DNA of 64,000 bases from Sminthopsis crassicaudata (lineage: Eukaryota): positions 248,748,055 to 248,812,054 of the forward strand of contig NC_133622.1 of NCBI RefSeq assembly GCF_048593235.1. The letters are read 5' to 3'. A model generated the notes under the pieces. The model made no database searches, was not told the DNA's origin, and worked only from the letters and a program-made list of their open reading frames with translations. Each line of letters begins with the position of its first letter. The first letter of the stretch is position 1. Position numbers and translations under genes: made by a program. This document shows, piece by piece, positions 1 to 11,332 of this stretch.

Positions 1-779
1 CTAAGATGACAGGAACAAATAATGACAAATGTTGGAGGGGATGTGGGGAAATTGGGACACTAATACATTGCTGGTGGAGTTGTGAAAGAATCCAGCCATT
101 CTGGAGAGCAATCTGGAATTATGCCCAAAAAGTTATCAAACTGTGCATACCCTTTGACCCAGCAGCGCTACTACTGGGATTATATCCCAAAGAAATACTA
201 AAGAGCGGAAAGAGACATATATGTGCCAAAATGTTTGTGGCAGCTCTTTTTGTTGTTTGCTAGAAACTGGAAGATGAATGGATGTCCATCAGTTGGAGAA
301 TGGTTGGGTAAATTGTGGTATATGAAGGTTATGGAATATTATTGCTCGGTAAGAAATGACCAGCAGGAGGAATATAGAGAGGGCCTGGAGAGACTTAAAT
401 CAACTGATGCTGAGTGAAATGAGCAGAACCAGAAGATCACTGTACACTTCAACAACAATACTGTATGGGGATGTATTCTGATGGAAGTGGAAATCTTCAA
501 CATAAAGAAGATCCAACTCACTTCCAGTTGATCAATGATGGACAGAGGTAGCTACACCCAGAGAAGAAACACTGGGAGGGGAATGAAAATTGTTAGCACT
601 AATATCTGTCTGCCCAGGTTGCATATACCTTCGGATTCTAATGTTTATTGTGCAACAAGAAAATGATATTCGCACACATGTATTGTACCTAGACTATATT
701 GTAACACATGTAAAATGTATGGGATTGCCTGTCGTCGGGGGGAGGGAATAGAGGGAGGGGGGGTAATTTGGAAAAATGA
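1..779 (+). mobile_element. LINE-1 3' fragment (degenerate ORF2 C-terminus plus 3' UTR), truncated by window start and gap
   Basis: ORFs 6..263 and 223..417 translate to L1 ORF2 C-terminal motifs (KCWRGCGEIGTLIHCWW, IPFDPAALLLGLYPKE, CPSVGEWLGKLWYM) split by a frameshift; AT-rich L1-type 3' UTR follows. Confidence 0.9.
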
Positions 780-919
780 NNNNNNNNNNNNNNNNNNNNN
801 NNNNNNNNNNNNNNNNNNNNNNNNNNNNNNNNNNNNNNNNNNNNNNNNNNNNNNNNNNNNNNNNNNNNNNNNNNNNNNNNNNNNNNNNNNNNNNNNNNNN
901 NNNNNNNNNNNNNNNNNNN
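780..919. other. Assembly gap (140 N)
   Basis: Run of N directly in sequence. Confidence 1.
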
Positions 920-1268
920 TGTGCATGTTTAACGAAGAAAAAAAGCTAAGATTTTAAAAGGTCCGCTCCAGTCTGATCAGAACGTATCGGTTCTTTCTAG
1001 AGCTGGAGAGCTTCTCGTCGGGGATCCTTCTGAGCCGTCCCGGAGCGCTGTGTAGCTGAGAAGAGCTAAATCGACCATGAGCGATGCTCAGTGTTGCTGC
1101 TGTGCCCTATCCTCCAGGTTCTGTTCCTTTGACTTGGCATCAGTTCAAAGTGTTACCAGGCTTTTCTGTATCCATCCCCTCAGTGTCTCACAGCACAGTG
1201 ACATTCCAACACACGGATGTGTCACAACAGACGGATGGGCCTCCTCTCAGTTGCCAGTTCTCTACCAC

Positions 1269-1730
1269 TGTTACGGGCCAGAACTTGAAACAAGGCGCTA
1301 AGTCAGGGGAACTGATAGAGACAGGGGTTGTTTAGCGTGGAGCTTAACAGTTCTCTAGGTCAGTCCATGTACTTAGTACAGTTCACACCTTTGATAAGAG
1401 AGCACCGCTCGGACAAACAGCCAGAATCAGACCTGGAAGACAGACTGGGGGCGGTCCTCCTGCCTCCCTCACAGAAACCAAGACACATTCAGGAGCACCT
1501 CAAGAAGCTGGCAGAGACAGAAGACAAAGGACCGGCAGCAGGAGCTTAAACTCTCGGAGCCAAGGAGATAGGCCTCTAAGAAAGCTAATCAGGGCCCAGG
1601 AAAGGAGACAAGACTTGGAAAGAGACAATAAAGGATTTGGTCTTTAACCCCTGGCTGCATTTGGGGGATCACTGAACTGAAACAAAGGCTGCTCCCAGAA
1701 ACCCCAAGGAAACCGCAACAAGACATTACA
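1269..1730 (+). mobile_element. Probable solo LTR of an endogenous retrovirus (~460 bp)
   Basis: Begins TGTTACGGGCC and ends ACATTACA (TG...CA termini); internal AATAAA at ~1627; overall form resembles marsupial ERV LTRs from memory; no target-site duplication or PBS visible. Confidence 0.55.
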
Positions 1731-1944
1731 TTTTAGAGAATATCACATACCACCCCAGAAAAGAGCTGCTATAAACATTTTTATACAAGTAAGTCCCACT
1801 CCCTCTTCTGTGATCTCTGGCATCTGGACCTACAGGGGCCGTGGTGAAGTCCAAGGATATGCAGTTTGATAGAAGTTGTTCTCCAGAAAGGCTGGACCAG
1901 TTTCACCACTCTAGCCACATAGTATTAATGCCCCTACTTTTCCA

Positions 1945-2480
1945 TATCACCTGCAGCATGTCATTTTCCTTTTCTGTCATCTCTTGTCAATCTGATAAGT
2001 GTGAGGTAGTATCCCAAAATTGGCTTAATTTGCATTTTTCTAATTAGTGACTATTGAAAGCTTTTACTTTAAAATTACCTGTTATCTTTTGACCATTTAT
2101 CAAGTGGGGAATGCCTCTTTTAAGTATACACTTGGCAAAATTCCCTTCTCTATTTGAGAAATTGAGGTTATCAGAGACACTTGCTGTAAATTCTTAGCCC
2201 CACCACCATCCAATTTTTTTTCTTTGGAATTTTGGCTAATCTTTTAGTTTTGTTTGTGCAAAATCTCTTTATTTTCATGTAATCAAAATGACCCATCTCA
2301 AGTCCCATGATCCTCTCTCTGGTTAAGTCTTTCATCCATCCATCTGACAAATGCATTTTTCCATATTGCCGTAATTTATCTATCTTACCCTTTATGTCTA
2401 ACTCATTTATCGATTCTGACCTTATCTCGGTTTACATCATGAGATGTTGGCCTATGCCTCACTTTTGCCAACTCTTTTCG
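1945..2480 (-). mobile_element. Degenerate LINE-1 fragment, antisense
   Basis: T-rich text such as ctgataagtgtgaggtagtatc...ttaatttgcatttttctaatt is the reverse complement of L1 ORF2 3' sequence; boundaries approximate. Confidence 0.65.
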
Positions 2481-3144
2481 TTTCCCCAGCAGTTTTTGTC
2501 GAACATTGAACTCATCTCAAAAGGCTGGATCTTTAGATTTATCCAACACCAGATTACTACAGTCACTACTGTGTCCTATTCCCCCAATCCTCCCCCATTC
2601 TATTTCCCTTAGCCAGTAGCAGATTCCTTCATCAGCATCTTGTAATATAACTGGAAATGTGGGGCGGTGAGGCTGACTTCACATTGTTTCCTCATATTTT
2701 TCCCTTGATATTCTTGACCTTTTGTTCTAAATTTTTTGAGCTCTATAAAATAATTCTAATAATCTGGTCAATTATGCTGATTGTTTTCTCAATCCCACCT
2801 AGTCCCAGCCCATGATCTTTGTGATCTTTTGCTCTCTTTGCTAGTATTTTAAATTGATTGCACTGACAACTGAGAAGCGGCTGATAGCTTTATCTGTAGA
2901 ATGTTTTAAAGTGGATCTATGGGGTAGAATTATGGAGGAAACTTTGCAAGTAAGTGAAAGTAAAGATGCCATTTTCCCCCAAAGGTCACATCCTTCCATG
3001 AAACCCCCCCCAACTACAAATTCTTGGCTCAGCCCCAACCCTAATGTCTTGCTCAGGTATGGCATTTCTCAGCCTCGCCCCAGGGCAGCACCCCAAAGAC
3101 AGGACTGGGACACAAAGCTCGTACAAAAGCCCTTTATTGTCTCT

Positions 3145-6100
3145 TCAGTCGCCTTTCTCACTCCCGAGGACGGCCCGGACAGTTCGAGGTAGAAAGCCAT
3201 GTAAGAAATGGTGGAGGTCAGGGAACAGACCCTGAGGATCCTGGAGCTGGGTGAGCGTGAGAAAAGGGCCGGTGGAGCTGGTGGCAGCGGCGAAGGTGAG
3301 GAGGGGCTGCGGAGGCTCAGCCTCTGGCTCTGGTTGCTGCTTCCTGCTCTCCTGTGCCATCAGCTCCTGGGTCACCCGAGCCTCTGCCTGCAGCCAGCTC
3401 ATTTCCCCTTTGGCTTGCTGCTGTAACTGCCTCCGGACCCTGCGCCGCCCAAGCCATACCCGGTGCCAGAGCGTACAGAGCCAGGTCTGTGACGCCCCTG
3501 ACCCTGTCTCCTCCCCCTGGACTGCTCCTACCTCTTCAGTCCCCGGGTTTTCCAGGGCCTTTACTTCCCTTTCCACCAAAGGCTGCCAAAGCTTGTGCTG
3601 CTGCTCTGATGACCCAGACTGGCCCTCCCCTCCCCCAGCCTCCAGTGCCAGCTCCTCCTCCCCACAAGCCTCTAGGGCCGGCTCTTTCACCCCCACCTCT
3701 CCTTGGCTCCCCTCAGATGTCTGTCTTTCCTCCCTCTCCAATCGTGGCCTTTTCCTCGGCGTCTCCTGGAGACATGCGTCCCCATCGCCGTCTCCTGGCC
3801 TCTGCTTCTTGCTGCTCTGCTCCACCTGGCACCCCAAGGTTTCCTCTAACACCTGGCTGATGGCAGCGCAGAGCTGGGGGAAGGGGGCCGGGGGCAGGGG
3901 GATGGGAGTAACAGACAGCAGGGAGCTGGCAGAGCTGGGCTGCAGGAGAGGAAGCAGACCCCAGTCCCGGCCCCGGGAAGAGCGACGCTGGAACTGGAGG
4001 CTTCGGCAGTAATTAGCCGATTCCCGACAACAGTTCTGGAGGCGACCGGCTACCCGGCTCGTCACGTTGGCTGCCACGTTGTGGCTCAGGTCAAAAGGGT
4101 CCTGTAGGTTCAGAGGGCCGAGGCGCAGGCCCCCCCAGAGACCGGGGGGCAGGCCATCAGCTACGGGCAGCGGCAGGCCTTCCCTCAGAGACAGCAGTGA
4201 GCCTCGGAGCTCCCAGCTGGAGACACAGGAAAAGAACTGGGCCAGAAGGGAGGCTGTGAGGAGGCCAGAGGGAAGTCGCATGAAGGTGGGCTGTCCACCA
4301 AGGCCTTCCCAAAGGACAAGCTGGAGAGATGGGCTGCCCAGCCCTCCAGGCCCCTGGGATCCCACCCAGCCCAGCCCCAACCAACCCCTCAGGCTATCTC
4401 TGGGCACTTACACAGGGACTCGGTGTTGGCGCTGGGCTCCAGGTGGGAGGCCTCTCGGGGGAAGCTGCAGTCCCAGCCATCCACCTCCACCCGTTCATCC
4501 TCACCTGGGGACATGGGAGAGAAGGTGGGAAAGGTGGAAAAGGGGCCTGGAGACAGATCTCCCCAGAGAATTCACAGTTACTAAAGACAGGACAAAGGTC
4601 TGTCCACTGTGGTGTGGGCAGGGCGAGGGCATCCGGAGCCTCTGGCCAGGGAGGTCATACCTGCCATCTGGGTGAGCCTTGTGAGGGGGGGCAGCACAGG
4701 AGGGTCCCGGGTTTGAAGGAAGTAGATCACCAAGAGAGTCAGTGCATAATTGCTCAGAAGGGGGCCGCTCCCTGGGCAGAAAACCAAGATTCAGCAGGAG
4801 CCACAGAGAGCCTCCAAGGGCCCTCCCAGTCACAGCCCCAGCTCTACCAGCCCCTGCCAGTAGCCTGCCACAGAGCGAGGAACAGCTCGCTTCTACCACC
4901 TTCCTTACCCGTCAGCCCTCGGCCCTGAGCCCAGCATCTCAGGGTATAGACCAGGGGCCGCACCCGCCTGTCCAAGGCACAGCAAAGATTCAGGAACCGC
5001 GAATTATACAGTGCCAGCCTGAGATAAAGAGGAGACCATGGAGATTCAGCTGGGGAGTTTGGGCCTCCGATCCATATGCTTCTGGGCCTCTGCTTGTTTA
5101 CAGGCTTCCCAGCCCCTGGATAACGCTCCATCCCTGTTTTCCTCCCTGGGGCCAACACAGCTTGGTTTGCGTCTGTGCCCCTGGGATCTAGGACCCTGCC
5201 TGGAACGCAGTCGATGCCAAACTGACCCCGCAATGGAGCATAAAGGCTACAAGTGAGGCCCTGGGCAGCAAGATGGCACAGGGCAGGTCCAGGAGGCCCA
5301 GAACATGACAGGAAGGGAAGAAGGGACCGGGATCCACAAGCTCCTGCTCCTCGAGGGACACGCTTTCAGCGAGGCCCCCAACGCACCTGTTACTGAGGGA
5401 GATGTCACCGTGAAGACCAGAGGGCCGGTGGCAGAATTTGACCACGGGGCGCCGAGCCGAGGGCACGGTCCAGACGCTGTGCACGCCAGGGACGCAGCCT
5501 CGGAGGACAGAGCCCACGAGTTCCAGCATGGCCTCTCCCTCCCCCTCCTCCCCCTTCAGGGATCCACCGAGTTCCCAGGTCTTCCCCAAGTCCCTTTCTC
5601 CCGCCTCCTCCTGGACAGGTGACATGGGGGGCAAGGACTGGGGAGAGGCCAGGGCCTCTGAAGCCAGAGCCGAGTCAGGGGTCGGAGGGGCCAGGGAGGA
5701 GGCGGGAGTTTCAGAGTCCTGGGGAGAAGCTGGAGCCAGAGAATCTGCAGGAGAAGCGGGGGTGGAGGCCAAGGCTTGAGGATCCAGTGGAGAAGCAAGG
5801 GCCGAGTCCAACGCCGGAGAGGCCGGGGCCTTGGGGTCCTGCTGTGGGGGAGAGTCAGGTTTGGCTGACCACCTCTCTCCCCCTTTCCCCCCACTCAAGC
5901 CTGCATGCTACAGACCGAGCTGCTCGACCCCGGCAAAGCAAAGACGTTGCCTCTCTCACCTCCAAAAGACAAGCTGCCCGCCTTAGAACCTACTTATCCT
6001 TTCTGTAAAGAAGAGAGCGCCGGCCTAAACCCGAGACCCGGGCTCCCACCCCACGGCCCACACAACCCTTGGGCCTGGCAAAGCTCCCCGGAGGTCCCGT

Positions 6101-9100
6101 CTGTAAGGGGCTCTCTGTGGGCCACTCAGCCTCGTCCCCACCCACGGTATCTGGCTCCCGGATGCCTCACCTGGGGCCCCTCCAAATCCCCCAGATCCAG
6201 GAAGAGGTCAAGGTCACAGCCACGAACGTCAAAGCCGTTTGTCGAGGAGCCAAAGGGCCGGACGACACAGCCTGGGTGGTGAGCAGAGCAGCCAGATCAG
6301 GGGATGCTCAGAGAGACGCCGGCTGTACAACTGAAGGGGCAGGACAGGTGCTCACAATGGAGCACTAGGGAGCGGCTCCAGAGACGGGGCGGTCCGGGGC
6401 TGGGAGAGCCTTACCGGGGAAGAACTCCGTGAAGACCTCCTGCATCAGCGTCACCACAAGACTGCGCAGCTGCCGCTCGGCCTCGGAGAGCTCCCGGAGG
6501 CCCACCAGCGTCACCATCTGGGCCTCCACGTCTGGAGCCTCTGCCAGCCCCTGCATCAGCTGCTGGTCATCTGGGGGCGCCCCCCTTGAGGCCTTGGGGG
6601 CCGGAGTCTGGAACTCCTTCTGCTGCCGAGGCCGGACACGGAGCCGATGGCCACCGAGAGCGTGCTGGGGCTGGGACAAGACGGCGTCCCGGGCCCCGGT
6701 GTCCCCCATTTCAACAATAGCAAACACACCCTGTCGGGCCACAGCAGAGAACGGTCCTCAGCACCTTTTCCAGTCCAGGCCCAGCCGCCTCTCTCTCACC
6801 CATCCTGCTCCCAGAGTCTCCCTTTCCCTGGATCTTACTCCCTTCCCCATCTGCCACCGTCCCTAATCTTGGAAGTCCTGAGGTTTTAGCCAGGACACTT
6901 CCCTACCTTGTCCTTGTCCATGACGATGCTGGCCACGGGCCCAAAGGCCTGGAAGTATTCAGAGAGCTGGGCCGGATCCAAGCCACGGGGAAAGCCGCTA
7001 ACAAACACACTCCGGAGCCCCTGGGCCCGGCGGGAAGCTCGGAGCTCTTCAAGGCGGCGATGCTTCTTGCCCGCCAGGTGGGCATCCAGGCTGGGCCCTG
7101 CAAAGTACACTCATTAAACAGGTTGCTTCCATCATGCAAATGAGTTTCAATCTGCATAGGGGAGAGAGCCAAAGTGCTTCAAGGAACAAGTGAGCATGCA
7201 AACATTTTAGCTGGGGAAATCTCAAAGGGACCTGGAACCCCATCCCCCCCCCAGTCCTTTTACAGTTGAGGAAACTGAGGTCTGGAGAACGTAATTGACT
7301 TGCAGAGCTTACAGGGGAGGAAGTGAGAGGGACACATTTGAAACCAGGTTGTCTCCCTCCAAACAGAGTAGGCACAATTGTGGCCGTCCTGGGGCGTGAT
7401 GGAGCAGGGAGGGAGAGGAGAGATTGTGGGCAGAGACACTAGGAGGGCTGAGGAGGAAGAGAAGGGACCCAGAACAGACGGGACTGGGCTGGGAAGCGAG
7501 AGCCTGGGTGGAGAGGAAGATGGCAGCTTTCCTCCAACAGAAGGAGGGAGATGGGGCCATGAGGCCGCTTGGGCCAGGAGGATCGTGGGCTCTGCCCTGA
7601 ACGTGCTGAGACTGAACAGGGAGATCCAGGGAAAGGGTCCTGCAGGAAGTCAGATGAGCAAGGACCCATGCTCAAGAGACAGAAGCGCATTAGAATGGGA
7701 ATCTGGAACAATCGCCTGTGGACTGATGGAAGCATTTAGAGACAAGGGGTACAGAGCCTCCCTGAGGGGAGGAGCTGCAGGATTCACACCCCGCCCCAGC
7801 TCTGCTGAGCCCTCCAGTTCCAGCATGGCCTCTCCCTCCCCTCCTCCCCCTTCTGGTCAGCAGAGCTAACCCAGCAGTGACCGAGAGTAGAGCCCCGCAA
7901 AAGGGATCGCCACCAAAATGGCAAGAGCAGGTTCTAGTCAGGCTGGAGGTGTCTGTGCTACACTGCACTCAGACGCATTTTCAAGGAAGAGCAATGAGAA
8001 AAGGCCATCGGGGACCCCTGCAAGCTCGTAGACTGGTGGCTCAGAGAGCCAGGCAGGTCACAGAATGCAAACAGACAATTTCCAGATGAAGAAATTAAAG
8101 CCATTTCTAGTCATGTGAAAAAATGCTCCAAATCACTGATTAGAGAAATACAAATTATCTTATAAAGTCTTAGTGAAGATAATTCTGAAGTACCACCTCA
8201 CACACAGATTGGTTAAGATGACAGGAAAAGATAGTAACTAATGTGGGAGGGGATTAGTGGGGCACTGAAAGGATCCAGCCATTCTGGAGAGCGATTCGGA
8301 ACTGCAGGGTCACTACTGGGCCTGTGTCCCAGGGGGATCATGAAAGAGGGGAAAGAGCCGCGTGTGCGGAACGTGGGGCCCGGTGGGGATGGCTGAAGAG
8401 CCGTGTGCGGAACGTGGGGCCCGGTGGGGATGGCTGAAGAGCCGGAACGTGGGGCCCGGGATGGCTGAAGAGCGGAGGTGCGCGAGGGGGGGGAGTTACT
8501 GTAACAAACATGATGAGCAGCCCGACCGCAGAAAGGCGGGAGCGGTTGGCGGAGCGCGGGCCAGGAGCGTGCTGTGCACAGTAACAGCGGGAGCGTGGAC
8601 TGACCAACCACACGCGGTTTTTGTCGGGCTCAGGGACCCTAGAGACTCTGGGTGGGAAACTCCATCTGAGTCCAGGGAGAACCGAGCGCGTGCACCGTAC
8701 GGCAACGTGATCCGGGCACTTTGTTCCTTCTTCTCCTACTTGTAACTCTCTCCTGGTTTTCCCCTTTGCTCTGATTTTTCTTTTCCAACATGAAATACGT
8801 AAAAACTTGAACAAATGTGTAACAAAGAAAGTTTTTACCTATAACTGGGGAAAATAAAAATTAAAAAAAAGCCAAGCTATAGAGCTGGGTGAGGTGAAAT
8901 GTGAATGAAAGAAGACCCAGAACGTCAGAGAAAGTAAAGCGCCCTTCAGGCTGGGGACGAGAGGAGGCCTCGGGCCGGAACCACAGGGCCTGGGACAGGT
9001 TCCTAACAAGAACTGCAGCCGGAGCCATCCGGGATAAAGCAGCCGGAAGCGGGGCGGCCCGCCAGGGGGGAGGGGGGCAGGACAAGAGGTCACGTGTGTT

Positions 9101-9763
9101 TTACTTTAAGCTCCAAGCCTGGTCTCGCTGCCCTCCCCCCCTGAGAAGACAAACTCCAGACTGGGCCCAGCTGGCCACATCGGGATGGGGGGAGGCGCAA
9201 GTGCATGGCCCGGGTCAGGGCGTGGGGGCGTGGCCAGGGCCGGCTCAGTGAAGCGGCTGGGACGTCGGGGGACGGACCCAGGCGCCAGAACCCGAGCTGG
9301 CTGCCGTGGATGTGGTCACCTTGGGGGAAGGGTTGGCTGACCACCTGGGCCTGGCCGGCCCCAGTGACCAGGGGACGCGGGGCTTCCCTCCGCTGGCCCC
9401 ACCCTGCACTTGGGGCCGGTCTCGTTCACTCTGAGCAAGGCTTTTCCCCAGCTGCCTCAGTTTCCCCCTCTAAAGGGAAGGGTCGGGGCCTCGGAACCCG
9501 GCGGCTCTCCGCCTTGACCCGCACCCTGGAGCCCGGACCTCTCGACGGAGCGGAGCTAACTCCCCCGGCCCCGGGTTTCCCTGCGGGGCGATCAGGCGGG
9601 GCCCCGGACACCGCAGGCAGAAGGCCCAGGCCCACTCCGCCCAGCCCGGGGGCTCCTTGACCCGCCACTCCGCCCCCTTACGATTAGCTGTGTTCACGTG
9701 GCAGAGGCAGCATCTGAAGCCCCCGCGCGGTAAAGCCTCCACATCCGGCTCAGGCGCAGCCAT
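3145..9763 (-). CDS. TUT1: Terminal uridylyltransferase 1 / Star-PAP (U6 snRNA TUTase), 9 exons, 855 aa
   Basis: CDS exons 9763-9682, 7097-6907, 6730-6415, 6271-6171, 5841-5387, 5018-4909, 4771-4661, 4504-4412, 4253-3145; total 2568 nt, phases consistent. N-terminal zinc finger (CCLCHV...H), RRM, FGSS and DLD nucleotidyltransferase motifs, [16 protein letters not shown] at 3138-3133. Confidence 0.97.
7200..7320 (+). mobile_element. MIR/CORE-SINE remnant in TUT1 intron 1
   Basis: CORE-like text tttacagttgaggaaactgaggtctggagaacgtaattgacttg. Confidence 0.6.
8085..8870 (+). mobile_element. LINE-1 3' remnant in TUT1 intron 1, with GC-shifted middle and a small internal ~40-bp duplication (8355-8475)
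   Basis: gtaccacctcacac...aagatgacagg...atccagccattctggagagc matches L1 ORF2 3' text also present at 1-120; A-rich tail at ~8850-8870. Confidence 0.7.
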
Positions 9764-9774
9764 GGTTCCCGCTT

Positions 9775-10000
9775 CAAAACGGGACTGGACGCGATTTCCG
9801 CCACTACCGGAAATGGGTCACGGGGCACCGCGAAATAAGGCACTTCCGCCACTCTCGGGGGCGGGAAGCTCGTTCAGCCGCATCCTAGAAGGAAGCAGCA
9901 CGCGCGGGGTCTCCAGCCCCGTCCCTCCCGGCTCATCTGCATAAGGCCACGGGATTGGCCAGTTCTGAGCGGCGCCTGTCGTTGATTGGCCCACGCCGAA
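9775..10000 (-). promoter_or_regulatory. TUT1 CpG-island promoter
   Basis: Directly upstream of the TUT1 ATG; ETS-type CCGGAA/CACTTCCG motifs and two GATTGGCC (CCAAT) boxes at ~9953 and ~9984. Confidence 0.6.
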
Positions 10001-10809
10001 TATGAATATTCAAGAGCAACGGCTGAGCGTGGGGGGGTCTGGAACAGCCCGGGGCTTCCAGCTCTGCTCCACCCACCTACCCCCCATAGCCTAGGCGACC
10101 CCGGCGGTCACCGGCTGGACCCCACGAGAGGGGAGGCCACACCCCTGCCTCCGAGTCCCCGCGGGACGCGGCCACCGGACAGGCGAGCCAGTTTGGCAGC
10201 TTCCGGCGGATGCCCCACCCCCGGGCCCCCGTCCCGCCCCGGGCCCGAGGGGAGGGAGAGTGCCCCCCGCGCCTCAGGCACTGGCGGTGGAGCGGAACCC
10301 CACGGGCCTGTGACCCGCTCGTGGGCTTCCCTTACGACTCCTCCTCAGCGGGAGGGATCCCATTCCTGCTGGGGAGGCAGCGCGCCCACGCGAGACCCCG
10401 ACCCCGAGGGGGGCGCCTGCTTCGCTCCAGGGCGTCACGTGGCGGAGTCCAGAAGGCCCCGGCTGCAGCTGCCTCAATTGTTCACCAGAAAAATGGGCCC
10501 AAGGCAGCGAGGGGGAGAGCAGAGCCTTCCATCCCTCCTGCTCCTGGGCCAGACCTACCTGGCCTCGGAGCCCGGAGCCTCCCCAAGGGTTCCTCCCCAC
10601 CTCTAGCAGCCTCAGACTCGGCCTTCTGCGCCCCCCGCCGCCCGTCCGCAATCTCCAGCCCCAGTCCAGGGCCACATGATGGACCAGGGCAGGGAGCAGG
10701 ACACTGTCCTGGGGAGAAGCCCCCCTGCTCCCCCCGCCCCTCCCCCACTGCCCCTCCAGCCCCCCCTCAGAGAGCAGCAGAGCCGGGAGGGGCTGAAGAA
10801 AAACAGCTT

Positions 10810-10877
10810 TTTATTTCTGTCGCTCTAAGAACGGATTACAGATTCCAAGGTTAAAAAACAGACAAAGGGTCTTTATT
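10810..10877 (-). terminator. MTA2 tandem polyadenylation signals
   Basis: AATAAA on minus strand at 10815-10810 and 10877-10872, ~450-520 nt past the MTA2 stop. Confidence 0.7.
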
Positions 10878-11332
10878 TCTGAGTTGGTGTACAAAAGGCA
10901 GGGTGTGGGGGAAGGGCAGGGGCGTGGGAGGGCCCGAGCCCACCTCCAAGCCCACCCGAGGGCGCCAAACCCGGAATTGGAAGAGAAACAAGACTGGAGA
11001 CATGGCAGTGCCCGCCCCGCCCCTGCAGGGCCCAGCTGGCACCCTCCTCGCCCCTCCCACACTCCCCAACAAGGAGAGGAAAAATTAAAAAAATTTTAAA
11101 AAACCCTCCCCCCAAAAAACCTGCCCCAGGACTGAGTCCTCTGCACCCCCCAAACTGGCTATACTGTGAATTCCCCCGGACCCGGAGAAGGTCAAGGAAG
11201 AGGCAGACTTGGTGTCTGAAGCTGGGGCGAGCACTGCGGTCCCCTCCCGGGGGAAGCGGATGCCCCCGGCCCTGGCACGGCAGGGGGGCCGGGGCCACCC
11301 TCCCATCTGCTCCTCCCTTCCCCCAAGGATGC

